Shown: positions 1-8,681 of the stretch, one piece after another | How positions within the stretch are numbered: the stretch's first letter is position 1 | Layout: the number at the start of each line of letters is the position of its first letter | Position numbers and translations under genes: made by a program | Source: a phage | NCBI GenBank assembly: GCA_029093185.1 | Contig: GCA_029093185.1_4348.1 | Strand: one strand, 5' to 3' | DNA length: 43,655 nucleotides | Notes under the pieces: model-generated | Database searches by the model: none | Seen by the model: only the letters and a program-made list of their open reading frames with translations | What the model was told of the DNA's origin: nothing

Positions 1-36
1 AAAAAAAAAATACCGACATAGCCATTATATCGGTAT
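1..36 (-). terminator. Rho-independent terminator after the DNA polymerase gene (minus strand)
   Basis: Inverted repeat ATACCGA (11-17) / TCGGTAT (30-36); on the minus strand the stem is followed by the T-run that appears as the poly-A at 1-10 on the plus strand. Confidence 0.5.
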
Positions 37-68
37 TTACATTTTCTACAACGTATTTCCTAAATCTA

Positions 69-2249
69 CTACTTGGCGTATCTGTACATTTCGCTACCTT
101 CTGCTACAAGAGGGAACCCCTCCGCCCACTCCGGTAATTCGCACATCAACCGCTCAAGCTCTGCAACATTGTATTCTGGCGTATCTGGTGTTTCGCAGAT
201 AATTTCGTCGTGTACGTGAAGCACAATAGGATAGCCGTTTGCTTCAACGTTCAGCAGTGCATTGGCCAGCAAATCACGGCACAGCGCCTGAGTACAGTTT
301 TCCACGAGTTTACCAGAGTAGGTGTACTGGAAGCCCCACTGACGGGTTAACTGGTTCTCCCCCTGGTACTTGATGCGTACGTTAGTAGACACTTTTCCAT
401 CTTCGTCTGTTTCTTTCGACACGCTTAACCCGACGCCCGGATAAGACATAACGCGACCCGACGGCAACGTCATGCGCAACCACCAGCCGGCGACTTTGTT
501 GCCGTTGTTGTCTGTCTCTACGTTGCGCGAAAACTTAACCCCCCTAGGCCCCGCGGTGAACTCTTTACCTGGATTGCGGATAGCGGCCATAGCTGCGTCT
601 TCAATATCTCGCCAGAAAGCTACTGTTTCAGGGTGTGACTCTCGCCACATACGCTTGATAGCGTCACAGGTACGCCACACTTTCTTATCAAGAATATACG
701 ATGGTCGGTCATCCTTCTCCCCGGGTCGCGGCGGTCGCTTGGCTTCCTGAATACGTGCCCATTCATAGCCGCGTGCAGTAGCCGCCCAGATGTGGTCCGG
801 GAAAGTACCGTCCATTGTTTTTGACATATCAACAAGGTCAAGTCCGAGGTTCTTAGCAAACTGAACGAAAGCGCCAACACCACCAGCGTAGCCGAGGCCA
901 AGCTCGCAGGCTTTACCAATCTGGCGCAAGTCTTTGCGTTCCTTCTTAATGTAATCCGGCTCCATGCCGAACATCTTACCCGCGGTTACACAGTAAATGT
1001 CCAGCCCGGCGCGGAACGTATCTAGCGCGGTTTCTTCGCCTGCCAGCCACGCAAGCCCCCGACCTTCAACGTTAGAGTAATCGGCGACGACAAACTTTTT
1101 TCCGGCTTCCGGGATAATGCAGCTACGCACCGTCGATGCCGTTAGCTTAGCGACATCGAAACGGCGATGCGCGCGGCCCTTAAGTAACGCTGAAATACCT
1201 TTATCCAGTTCATCATCGTGATAGTACCCACGCGCGAGGTTCTGCGGCTGAAATCCTTTACCGGCAAATCGTAATGTACGCTTGGCTCCGCCGTACTGAA
1301 TGCAACCACGACGGCGGTCGTCCGACGAGCGCCCTAACAGCAGCGGGTTATATTTCGTTGACGCTGTGGACGCGGCCCCGAGGCGCATTTCGATAATCGT
1401 GCGTGCGTCGTCCGGTAAATCATCATCCGCCAACAGGTCGTTAAGCGTAGACTTCTGCGCGTTGTGGATGCGGTGCGCTGGTGCAAGTTCACGCAGAATC
1501 GGCAGGAAGTCTTTACCAGTAAGCGAGCCGCCGTATTTGCGCTGTGCTTCTTCCTGTAGCTGGGCCTTGTGTTTTTCCACGGCTTCAATCGCGGCTTCCG
1601 CCAGCGTCACATCAACCTTAAACCCACGGTCGTTAATCAACTGGTCCAGTTCCAGTACACGGTCTTCGAACTCGGAGTTACCCCAACGCGGCAGCTTATG
1701 GAAGACTTCACGCATCGCAGTGATGTCGCTCACGGCGTACCTGATGAACATCACCCACTCGTCAGGGTGAGTTTCTGCGGTGTAGCGGCGGATTTTGTAG
1801 TTCTTCGGCGTCGGTTTAGAGAAACGCTTAATCAGAGCCTTGCCGCGTTTATCTTTCGCGTTGTCTGCAGACACGCCCAGCACTTCGCACAGCGCATCAA
1901 GAGAACCCGGCAGCGCGTGACGGAACGCCCAAATCATAGTATCAATGGTGTTACTTACCGGAATATCAAAGTCCCAGCAGTGTTTCATGATTAGGCGATC
2001 GAAAAGTCCACCGTTGTGCCACACCATCTTGATGCGGCTGTTGGGCTTAACAAGGCGGCGCAAGGCGCGGTGTAAATCCCCCGGCATGTCGCTGCCGTCG
2101 GTGCAATCCCATACCCGCACAGGTTCGTCGTCAAAAGCATATGTACAGATAAGCACTTCGGTTGACGGGTGTTCGGCGTAAGCGTAAGAACCGACTTTCT
2201 TCAAATCGGCTTCGGAGAATGTTTCAAAGTCCAGGTATAAGTAGCTCAT
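69..2249 (-). CDS. Family A DNA polymerase with 3'-5' exonuclease domain
   Basis: ORF 69..2303; N-terminal Exo I motif (YLYLDFETFS), C-terminal polymerase motif C (VLHVHDEII). Start placed at the internal ATG 2249 (M19) because it has an AAGGA Shine-Dalgarno; the longest ORF would start at 2303. Confidence 0.85.
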   Translation of the reverse strand: MSYLYLDFETFSEADLKKVGSYAYAEHPSTEVLICTYAFDDEPVRVWDCTDGSDMPGDLHRALRRLVKPNSRIKMVWHNGGLFDRLIMKHCWDFDIPVSNTIDTMIWAFRHALPGSLDALCEVLGVSADNAKDKRGKALIKRFSKPTPKNYKIRRYTAETHPDEWVMFIRYAVSDITAMREVFHKLPRWGNSEFEDRVLELDQLINDRGFKVDVTLAEAAIEAVEKHKAQLQEEAQRKYGGSLTGKDFLPILRELAPAHRIHNAQKSTLNDLLADDDLPDDARTIIEMRLGAASTASTKYNPLLLGRSSDDRRRGCIQYGGAKRTLRFAGKGFQPQNLARGYYHDDELDKGISALLKGRAHRRFDVAKLTASTVRSCIIPEAGKKFVVADYSNVEGRGLAWLAGEETALDTFRAGLDIYCVTAGKMFGMEPDYIKKERKDLRQIGKACELGLGYAGGVGAFVQFAKNLGLDLVDMSKTMDGTFPDHIWAATARGYEWARIQEAKRPPRPGEKDDRPSYILDKKVWRTCDAIKRMWRESHPETVAFWRDIEDAAMAAIRNPGKEFTAGPRGVKFSRNVETDNNGNKVAGWWLRMTLPSGRVMSYPGVGLSVSKETDEDGKVSTNVRIKYQGENQLTRQWGFQYTYSGKLVENCTQALCRDLLANALLNVEANGYPIVLHVHDEIICETPDTPEYNVAELERLMCELPEWAEGFPLVAEGSEMYRYAK

Positions 2250-2412
2250 TTCTTTTTCCTTAAATCCAGTGCCTTCGTTTCGCTTAATCTTATTTTCATA
2301 CAATCACGGCAAATCCACACATGCCTGTACCCGGCCCGGTGCCCATCCGCGTACCACGGAAGCGGTTTCATATAGCGATAAACGTGCTTACAGAAAAACA
2401 TTATTTTCGACC

Positions 2413-2441
2413 CCTAGTAAAAAGGCCCAATGAAGGGCCTT
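2413..2441 (-). terminator. Rho-independent terminator between the SSB-like gene and the DNA polymerase gene
   Basis: Stem AAGGCCC / GGGCCTT with 6-nt loop at 2422-2441; minus-strand reading gives the stem followed by TTTTTAC. Confidence 0.5.
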
Positions 2442-2460
2442 AGTTAAATTGATTCAGATA

Positions 2461-3087
2461 TTAGCGGCGGCGACGTTCGCGGCGCGGTGCTTCATCTTCT
2501 TCGTCGTCTTCCAGGTCATTGACGCTCGCAGCGACTTTAGAACCGCCGAACGCTTTGCCTTCGCCAACGTATTTAATCGCCAGCAGGTTAACGCCGAGGA
2601 CTTTGTATTTCTGGCTGAACCAGATTTCAACGCTTACGTTAGCTAAGCATCCGCTGTAAACCTGTTCACCTTCAATCTGTTCGCCGTCTACGTTGAAGTC
2701 CTGCTCTACCTGAGTCTCACCTTTTTTAGAGGTTACAATCAGCGGCTGTTTCTGTGCCTTCGCTTTGAAGTAGAAGCCTTCCGGGAAGTCTTCAAACGGA
2801 TTGTCGCGCTCGGCAATGTCTTTAATCGCGCATTTATCCATGTGCTTACCTTCACCGTAGTTGGACTTCATCCATTTCTCGGCAGCGGCTGCGCCTAACG
2901 CTTCTTCAACTACAGCGTAAACGGTGTCGTAGAGTGCATCGATTTGAGCATGGTCAGACGGCAGGATAATAGTCGCGCTGTACTGGCCTTTAGTGATTGA
3001 GCCATCATCGTTTTCACGGTCTTTTTCGCGTTCGAATACGTTAACCCAAGCAGTGTTTACTTTACGCAGATTCAGTTTAATACCCAT
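2461..3087 (-). CDS. DUF2815-like phage ssDNA-binding protein
   Basis: 208 aa; acidic tail DLEDDEEDE then RRERRRR; sits between a Cas4-like nuclease and PolA, the position this family usually occupies. Confidence 0.5.
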   Translation of the reverse strand: MGIKLNLRKVNTAWVNVFEREKDRENDDGSITKGQYSATIILPSDHAQIDALYDTVYAVVEEALGAAAAEKWMKSNYGEGKHMDKCAIKDIAERDNPFEDFPEGFYFKAKAQKQPLIVTSKKGETQVEQDFNVDGEQIEGEQVYSGCLANVSVEIWFSQKYKVLGVNLLAIKYVGEGKAFGGSKVAASVNDLEDDEEDEAPRRERRRR

Positions 3088-3146
3088 CGTGATTTCTCGC
3101 TTTTAAGTTTCGTTTACTCCGGGAAGCTGCCCGGTCAGTGATTAGA

Positions 3147-3175
3147 ACTATAATAGCTAACTATTCAGGTGTCAA
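3147..3175 (-). promoter_or_regulatory. Sigma70-type promoter with embedded operator palindrome
   Basis: Minus strand TTGACA (rc of 3170-3175), 17-nt spacer, TATAGT (rc of 3147-3152); spacer contains TAATAG-CTAA-CTATTC. Confidence 0.6.
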
Positions 3176-3364
3176 ATAAAATTTCGCAATACGGACTATG
3201 TTCTCGAAATCATTCATATCAACGGGTTCGAATTCATCCTCCACATGGTTGTATCGCACCATCGTGCCGTTCAGGAACGTAAACGATTCCGAATGGATAT
3301 AACCGCCCCAGCGCCATATCATCACAAAATCTTTATCTGTGGGCATTTCATTTACTTGAATCAT
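3161..3364 (-). CDS. Hypothetical protein
   Basis: 67-aa ORF; its ATG overlaps the upstream stop (ATGA) and is preceded by GAGGAGGA. Confidence 0.5.
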   Translation of the reverse strand: MIQVNEMPTDKDFVMIWRWGGYIHSESFTFLNGTMVRYNHVEDEFEPVDMNDFENIVRIAKFYLTPE

Positions 3365-4602
3365 TCTAAATCCTCCTCTGTTACCCTATTCCACTCAGGA
3401 CGTTTGTCGTCTGCCGTTGCAACACATGGTGCGCCTGGCTTACGGGTAATGAAGTCTTTCAGTTCTTCTTCCGGTATGACTTTAACCGCTTCGGTTGGCG
3501 TCATGAGCACTTGCTTCATTAGCGCTATGCCATACTTGCCAGCCACTTTCTCTGCGTCTTTCCACGCACGATTGCCCGGGCGGCCCTCAACCAGCTTGTA
3601 CCCCGGCACTTTCTTACCGGAATGCAACGCGGTGGCCATCGCTTTCTCAACCTTGTCGATGTGCTGGCGCAACAACGGCAACTTCTCATATTCAGCTACG
3701 AGTTGCTCCGGCGTAAGTTCCAGCGCAAAGTCGTCCTCCAGTTCTTCCGCCAGTACAGAGTTAACGGTTTTTGTACGCGCGGCACACTGTTCAGAGAACC
3801 GACACCACTGACAACCATCTACAGACGGCTTGAAATCAGATGCTTTCAGGTTCTTCTTACCGCGGAAATACGCATCAAGCGCCAACAGTGCACGTTTCTT
3901 GGCAAACTTAGCGAACAGTTCCAGACCTTCAACCGAGATGTCCCACTCCGACGCACCGCCAGCGTACGGCTGGAAGATGACCAGGCGCACTACTGTGATG
4001 TTATAACGTCTCTTGAGTCGGCGATAAACACCGAGAGCGTAAAGCATAAGCTGCTTGTTTTCTTTCGCTTCGACGCGATGCCGCCCGGTTTTCAGGTCGC
4101 CGATAATGAGCATGTGCTCGTCGGTGTTTGCCAGTTCCTGTACAGCAACGAGGTCAGCGGTTCCGAACGTCTCAACGCCTTCATACCCCGGATGCAATAC
4201 CTCAGTAAGATTGACACGCATTTCCAGCTTGGCGTAAGTCGCTACGTCTATAATCGCTTTGCAGTAGTCGGTGTACTTGCGCACCTGCTCAATCATGTCC
4301 GCCGTAATCAGTACCGCGCCTTTCATCGGGCTGATTAGCGCCTTAATCTGACCTTTACCCTCATCCAGCACGTAAGCACCGACTTCACGTTCTAACGGCA
4401 GCGCAGTGCCACGGATATGAGCGTTGAGATGGACCTCGGCTATGGTGTGACACGCGGTCCCCGTAACAGCAGCTTTACCGGACGTGTTAGGAATATCTTT
4501 TTCACAGGCCAGTGATGCACTGCACGCCAGCCACTTTTTGGCGCCAGACGGCGACAGTAAGGCGTGCACATCGTTATTGCCACCGCGTTCTTTTAGAATC
4601 AT
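3361..4602 (-). CDS. Cas4/RecB-like PD-(D/E)xK exonuclease (DUF2800-like) with probable 4Fe-4S cysteines
   Basis: 413 aa; RecB-family motifs IIGDLKTG and QLMLYALG; N-terminal Cys pair (WLACSASLAC) plus C-terminal CQWCRFSEQC; C-terminus ends VTEEDLE. Confidence 0.7.
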   Translation of the reverse strand: MILKERGGNNDVHALLSPSGAKKWLACSASLACEKDIPNTSGKAAVTGTACHTIAEVHLNAHIRGTALPLEREVGAYVLDEGKGQIKALISPMKGAVLITADMIEQVRKYTDYCKAIIDVATYAKLEMRVNLTEVLHPGYEGVETFGTADLVAVQELANTDEHMLIIGDLKTGRHRVEAKENKQLMLYALGVYRRLKRRYNITVVRLVIFQPYAGGASEWDISVEGLELFAKFAKKRALLALDAYFRGKKNLKASDFKPSVDGCQWCRFSEQCAARTKTVNSVLAEELEDDFALELTPEQLVAEYEKLPLLRQHIDKVEKAMATALHSGKKVPGYKLVEGRPGNRAWKDAEKVAGKYGIALMKQVLMTPTEAVKVIPEEELKDFITRKPGAPCVATADDKRPEWNRVTEEDLE

Positions 4603-4961
4603 CGTAAACTCTCCAAATACAAGTTTAATGCCTGTAGCTGTTCTTCTGTGGGAATGAAAGAATCATCGCGACGTAAGTCGCTTAACTGTTGCAGCATTCC
4701 TGCGAACTTACGTCTTGCGTCAACAGCGACAATGTGATGCTTTTCACTTTTATATATTAAGGTTTTCGGGTAATCCTCAATCCTGCCAGACGATTTATTC
4801 ACGCGGAGTGCGCGATCTTCATGCGCAATGTGTATGTACTTTTTGCCGTTTTGTAGCACAGTAGCTACACCGCTGTTCTTTCTGCGGTCGCCGACGGTGT
4901 AAACTTTGTCGCCGCTGCGCAAATTAAGCCACCATTTATCAGTCATACCCTGTTCTCCCAC
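4599..4961 (-). CDS. Hypothetical protein
   Basis: 120-aa ORF, 4-bp overlap with the downstream gene; no recognisable motif. Confidence 0.5.
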   Translation of the reverse strand: MGEQGMTDKWWLNLRSGDKVYTVGDRRKNSGVATVLQNGKKYIHIAHEDRALRVNKSSGRIEDYPKTLIYKSEKHHIVAVDARRKFAGMLQQLSDLRRDDSFIPTEEQLQALNLYLESLR

Positions 4962-5215
4962 TGGTCAATTAAATGCCGTGTCTTGTGGTCGCAATGTAAG
5001 GCCCATCCATACATCGACTCGAAGACATAAAAGTCAGGCTTGGCGAAAGTTGTGCGCTTAATCTGTGACACGTGACGGCCTATATCTTTAGGCCGTGGTA
5101 CTTTTCCTAAGTACGCCATCTCTTCCATCTGGTGCGCACCGGACGGAGCACGCAATAGCCATAGCGCCTCTGTGTTATCCCGCCTGTCGACGGCTCGGTA
5201 GAGTTGGTAAATCAT
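4943..5215 (-). CDS. Hypothetical protein
   Basis: 90-aa ORF in the operon; contains HCDHKTRH, a possible metal-binding patch. Confidence 0.45.
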   Translation of the reverse strand: MIYQLYRAVDRRDNTEALWLLRAPSGAHQMEEMAYLGKVPRPKDIGRHVSQIKRTTFAKPDFYVFESMYGWALHCDHKTRHLIDQWENRV

Positions 5216-5227
5216 AATTCCGACCCT

Positions 5228-5251
5228 CAGTTAAAGCGGCCCGAAGGCCGC
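5228..5251 (-). terminator. Intra-operon hairpin, possible attenuator/terminator
   Basis: GCGGCC / GGCCGC stem with 4-nt loop (5236-5251); T-rich tract follows on the minus strand. Confidence 0.35.
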
Positions 5252-5258
5252 GAGATAG

Positions 5259-5759
5259 TTATTCTTCTTCGAAATACTTGTTCTTGATTGCTGTCAGGCG
5301 TTCCAGGTATTCAGCCAGGTCTTCGTCTTTAATCGCTGCAATCTTCATTTTCTTACCTGTGAACTCTTCCAGCAGTTCATCAGAATCATCGCACGCGGCA
5401 TCGCTCGGACCTTCGTTAATTGCATCGTCGATAGCCTGAATCTGGTCGCGCAGAGACTTATAGTCTACTTCTTCTTTCTCTTCTTCCGGCTCTGGCGTCG
5501 TTTCCTCTACTTTAGCTTTACGCGGCTTGCGTTTTGGCTTCTCTTCCTCCGCCGGTTTAGTGTCAACTACGTCTTCACCTTCAACCGGGATTTCTTTTGT
5601 TGCTTCTTCAGCGCACTCAGCTACCGCTTCTTTGGTGTACGATACCGTCTCTACTTCCAGCGGCGTGGCAACCTGAACAACTTGTTTCGCACTGTTCGCG
5701 GCAATCAGTTCGTGCGCAACTACGAAACGTTCCAGTAATACTAAGAATTTCTCTAACAT
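5259..5759 (-). CDS. Highly acidic low-complexity protein
   Basis: 166 aa; central Glu/Lys/Pro-rich tract (EEEKPKRKPRKAKVEETTPEPEEEKEE) and acidic C-terminus. Confidence 0.55.
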   Translation of the reverse strand: MLEKFLVLLERFVVAHELIAANSAKQVVQVATPLEVETVSYTKEAVAECAEEATKEIPVEGEDVVDTKPAEEEKPKRKPRKAKVEETTPEPEEEKEEVDYKSLRDQIQAIDDAINEGPSDAACDDSDELLEEFTGKKMKIAAIKDEDLAEYLERLTAIKNKYFEEE

Positions 5760-5783
5760 TATTTATTCTCCTGTTTATTTGGG

Positions 5784-6011
5784 CTACTCGCCGTCGCCTT
5801 CTGTAAGGCTATCGTCTATTAATTCAAATTTACCGTTTGGGTGTTGAATAGCTTCTTGCCCGCAATGGTCGCAGACAACAAGTTTATCGAACCCATCAAA
5901 CTCATCCCCTACTACGCAAGAAAGTACAAATTTATGTTTTGTGCACACTTCTTGCGGAGCGCCGAAAATTGCTCGAAAACCTTTAGCTATGGCCCCAGTG
6001 ATTGTGTTCAT
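5784..6011 (-). CDS. Small zinc-ribbon protein
   Basis: 75 aa with CTKHK...C and CDHC cysteine/histidine pairs. Confidence 0.5.
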   Translation of the reverse strand: MNTITGAIAKGFRAIFGAPQEVCTKHKFVLSCVVGDEFDGFDKLVVCDHCGQEAIQHPNGKFELIDDSLTEGDGE

Positions 6012-6039
6012 ATCTGCCCCTCTCGTTTGGTATGGGCTA

Positions 6040-6068
6040 ACTATAATAGCGAACTATTCACATGTCAA
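6040..6068 (-). promoter_or_regulatory. Sigma70-type promoter with embedded operator palindrome
   Basis: Minus strand TTGACA (rc of 6063-6068), 17 nt, TATAGT (rc of 6040-6045); contains TAATAG-CGAA-CTATTC. A degenerate second copy (TAATAT-GGTA-CTATTC) lies at 6088-6107 just upstream of the XRE gene. Confidence 0.6.
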
Positions 6069-6132
6069 TGGGCTTTTCTAAAATAATTAATATGGTACTA
6101 TTCACATATCAACTGACTAAGGAGTAATTGAC

Positions 6133-6348
6133 ATGCAACCATCTGAACTAGGCATCCGTGTAGAACAACGCCGCAAAGAACTCGGCATCTCCCAGCGCCG
6201 TTTGGCGGCCCTGACCGGCGTTTCCCAGGGCGCGATTAACCAACTGGCACTTGGAGTAACTCAGGACGTCCGCCCGGCAACGCTGTTCAAACTGGCGGAA
6301 GTTCTGGAAGTAGACGCCAAGTGGCTGGCGTTAGGTGAAGGGGCTTAA
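6133..6348 (+). CDS. XRE-family (Cro/CI-like) helix-turn-helix regulator
   Basis: 71 aa; HTH signature ISQRRLAALTGVSQGAINQLALG; AAGGAG Shine-Dalgarno 9 nt upstream. Confidence 0.8.
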   Translation: MQPSELGIRVEQRRKELGISQRRLAALTGVSQGAINQLALGVTQDVRPATLFKLAEVLEVDAKWLALGEGA

Positions 6349-6364
6349 AGCCCCTTTCTTTTTA
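6338..6364 (+). terminator. Rho-independent terminator of the XRE gene
   Basis: Hairpin GGGGC-TTAAA-GCCCC whose loop contains the XRE stop codon, followed by TTTCTTTTT. Confidence 0.55.
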
Positions 6365-6365
6365 C

Positions 6366-8624
6366 CTATTCCAAATCCTCCTCTGTCACCACCAGCATCT
6401 CATTTGGTTCGTATAGTGTCTTCGGCCTTAATCTATCCCCTATTCTTTCGGGTATACGATATGTTCTCGGTACTACTTCGCCGTTAGCATCGCAACCAAG
6501 CATTAGTTCTCCATCTTTCAACATTTTATCAAGATGGGTGTTAGTCACAGAGAAGTCACCGGAACGAGCCACTATCTGCTGCTGAGTAAAACCGCGACCT
6601 GTGTCATCTGACTGTTGCAGGTCTTCCAGTGCCGAAAGTATTGACTCCTTCCTTACTTCATCCCTGCCGCGTTTAACTTCTTCCTTTACTTTTTGCTTAC
6701 CTTCTTTCGTCAACCCTTCTTCCCGCTCTTTCTCCTCGTCAGTTTTGAACGGCTCGAAACCCCACGGCATCAACACAAGCGCCTTGTGTGGTTCAGGCAG
6801 GTCCAGGTTTACGATTGTGCCGTATTCCTCTGTGCTACCCAGGAACTCAACCGCTCGGTATTCTTTAGGCGGCGGCGCTTCACGGAACTGTACCGACTCC
6901 AGCACCATGCCAACCGTCTTCTGCTGAGGCCCGTGCTTGAATTTCGAGTGATATACGTTTATCTGACGGTCGGTTGCACGTTCGATTGTCAGTTCCACGT
7001 CAACACCCGCATACAGCGCCCCACTGCCGCGTGCTTTCTTTCCACCCTTCGGCGTATGGTGGACAACGCCTACTGCGGCTTTAGTTGCATCGCGTACTTC
7101 TTTCAGAATGGCGATAACTTTACCCATGCCGATTGCTGTTGATGAACTGTTCTCGTCGAACTTATCAATCGTCAGGGCCAGCGTCTGGTTAAGGGTGTCG
7201 AAGGCAACCATGCCAATAGGTTCATCCCCTGCGGTTTCGCGCATCCTGCGGATTAGAGCTGGAATTTTTTTATCACCATGCGTAGCGAGTATTTCGCCCA
7301 TATCGATGACATGTACATAATCTTTACCTTCCTCGCCATATTTAGCCGCGAGTGCATCAATACGTGTTCGTGTAGCTGCACCACCCTCGCCGTCAATATA
7401 GAAATGGTGGCAACGTTGGGTGTCAGCCCCCGCAAACCGGTACCCGGCGGCGCTCAGGTACATCATCCCCAGCGTATAGAATGATTTGTACGTGCCGGAT
7501 TCCCCGACAATATCCCAGATACAATCCGACGGCATGTACCCCTCAACGACGAAATCAGCCTTTACCGGTTCTGGTAACTCGTCCTCCTCTGAGTCCTCGT
7601 CGTCTTCCAGGTCGTCGAGGCTGCATGAGACAGATTCACGCGCCCCCCAACCGATGGCCTCTGCGACTTCACTGAACGGCAGCCCGGTCGCATCGCACGC
7701 GTACTTCCACACCTCTTTCGGTGACAGGCCTTCTGTCGCCGTAATGTCTGTGTCGTGAATCATGGTTACGTTTGGCGCTTCATACCCCTCGCGCGGGAAG
7801 CACAGCAGGAAGTCGTCCGGGCGCGGTGTCGGGTCGCTGTAGTTTTCGGCATGTTCCGGTGTGGCTGGCATCTTAAGGCCGCGCGGCGTCATGACGCCGC
7901 CGTACTCAAACGCCAGTGCTTCAAACGCGTCTGTAAACGCGGTGCGCAGTTCTTCCGGTATCTGGTAATCCGATGCGCTGCTAACGTCAACGGCTGGGAT
8001 GCCTTCCAGTAACTCGTTCGGGTCGATCAGGTCGTTGCGGCGCGACCAGATAACGGTAGCGCCGACCGGCGGCAGGTACATCGGCTGCGACAGAGTGAAC
8101 CCGCTGCGGTCCGCACCCATGCCTTTGAAGAAGTGCTCCAGCAACCCATGACGAACACGGATGATGTCACCACCCTCCACCGGACGGGCCAGTGGCATTA
8201 CGACGCGAAAGCGCGGTGACTCATCAGTATGTGATGCCGTGGTATAGAGGCACATGGCCCAGCGGCTGCGCTTAACCAGGCGCACCGCTTCCTGATACTC
8301 TTCCGGTGTTGTGCTGTCGAAATCCAGATAGGCCAGCGACGATTTGCTTACAGACGCATCGCAGCGGTAGAAAAAACCTTTACGCGCTTGCTTAAAGTCT
8401 CCAGTTTCCGGGTCTTTTACGGTGCTGTGCGTTGAGTCGCACGCGGCGGTGATATAACCGGGCGCGGTCTTAGGGTTAATCCCGTCGCGAACGGCATCGA
8501 GCGGCTGGATTAACTCTTTCAGGTCGTCCAGTGTTGCCGTGTGTGCGGTTCTGACATTTATATCCTTTTTTCCCGCCCGCGCGTTGCGGCGTGACCACGA
8601 GTAGGATAAAATTACATCGGACAT
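6366..8624 (-). CDS. DNA primase/helicase (RecA-like AAA_25-type ATPase with N-terminal primase-like domain)
   Basis: 752 aa; Walker A GESGTYKS; VGVVHHTPKGG motif typical of RepA/AAA_25 helicases; C-terminus ends VVTEEDLE. Confidence 0.65.
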   Translation of the reverse strand: MSDVILSYSWSRRNARAGKKDINVRTAHTATLDDLKELIQPLDAVRDGINPKTAPGYITAACDSTHSTVKDPETGDFKQARKGFFYRCDASVSKSSLAYLDFDSTTPEEYQEAVRLVKRSRWAMCLYTTASHTDESPRFRVVMPLARPVEGGDIIRVRHGLLEHFFKGMGADRSGFTLSQPMYLPPVGATVIWSRRNDLIDPNELLEGIPAVDVSSASDYQIPEELRTAFTDAFEALAFEYGGVMTPRGLKMPATPEHAENYSDPTPRPDDFLLCFPREGYEAPNVTMIHDTDITATEGLSPKEVWKYACDATGLPFSEVAEAIGWGARESVSCSLDDLEDDEDSEEDELPEPVKADFVVEGYMPSDCIWDIVGESGTYKSFYTLGMMYLSAAGYRFAGADTQRCHHFYIDGEGGAATRTRIDALAAKYGEEGKDYVHVIDMGEILATHGDKKIPALIRRMRETAGDEPIGMVAFDTLNQTLALTIDKFDENSSSTAIGMGKVIAILKEVRDATKAAVGVVHHTPKGGKKARGSGALYAGVDVELTIERATDRQINVYHSKFKHGPQQKTVGMVLESVQFREAPPPKEYRAVEFLGSTEEYGTIVNLDLPEPHKALVLMPWGFEPFKTDEEKEREEGLTKEGKQKVKEEVKRGRDEVRKESILSALEDLQQSDDTGRGFTQQQIVARSGDFSVTNTHLDKMLKDGELMLGCDANGEVVPRTYRIPERIGDRLRPKTLYEPNEMLVVTEEDLE

Positions 8625-8681
8625 GTTGTATTTCCTTCAGCAAGTAATTTGGCCTCGGCGCTCTAACGCTGGGGCTTTCTT

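Noticed and set aside
1-10. Poly-A run at the window start as a sequencing or assembly artefact
   Set aside because: It forms the expected T-run of a hairpin terminator on the minus strand directly after the polymerase stop, so it is more likely genuine.
472-2181. Several plus-strand ORFs (472..750, 1300..1770, 1569..1994, 1945..2181) and minus-strand ORFs (620..919, 1334..1588) inside the DNA polymerase gene
   Set aside because: They are embedded in or antisense to a long ORF with clear polymerase motifs, have no ribosome-binding sites, and have low-complexity translations.
6133-6348. Interpreting the XRE regulator as evidence of a temperate lifestyle
   Set aside because: No integrase, excision machinery, attachment site or partition genes are present; XRE-family regulators also occur in strictly lytic phages.
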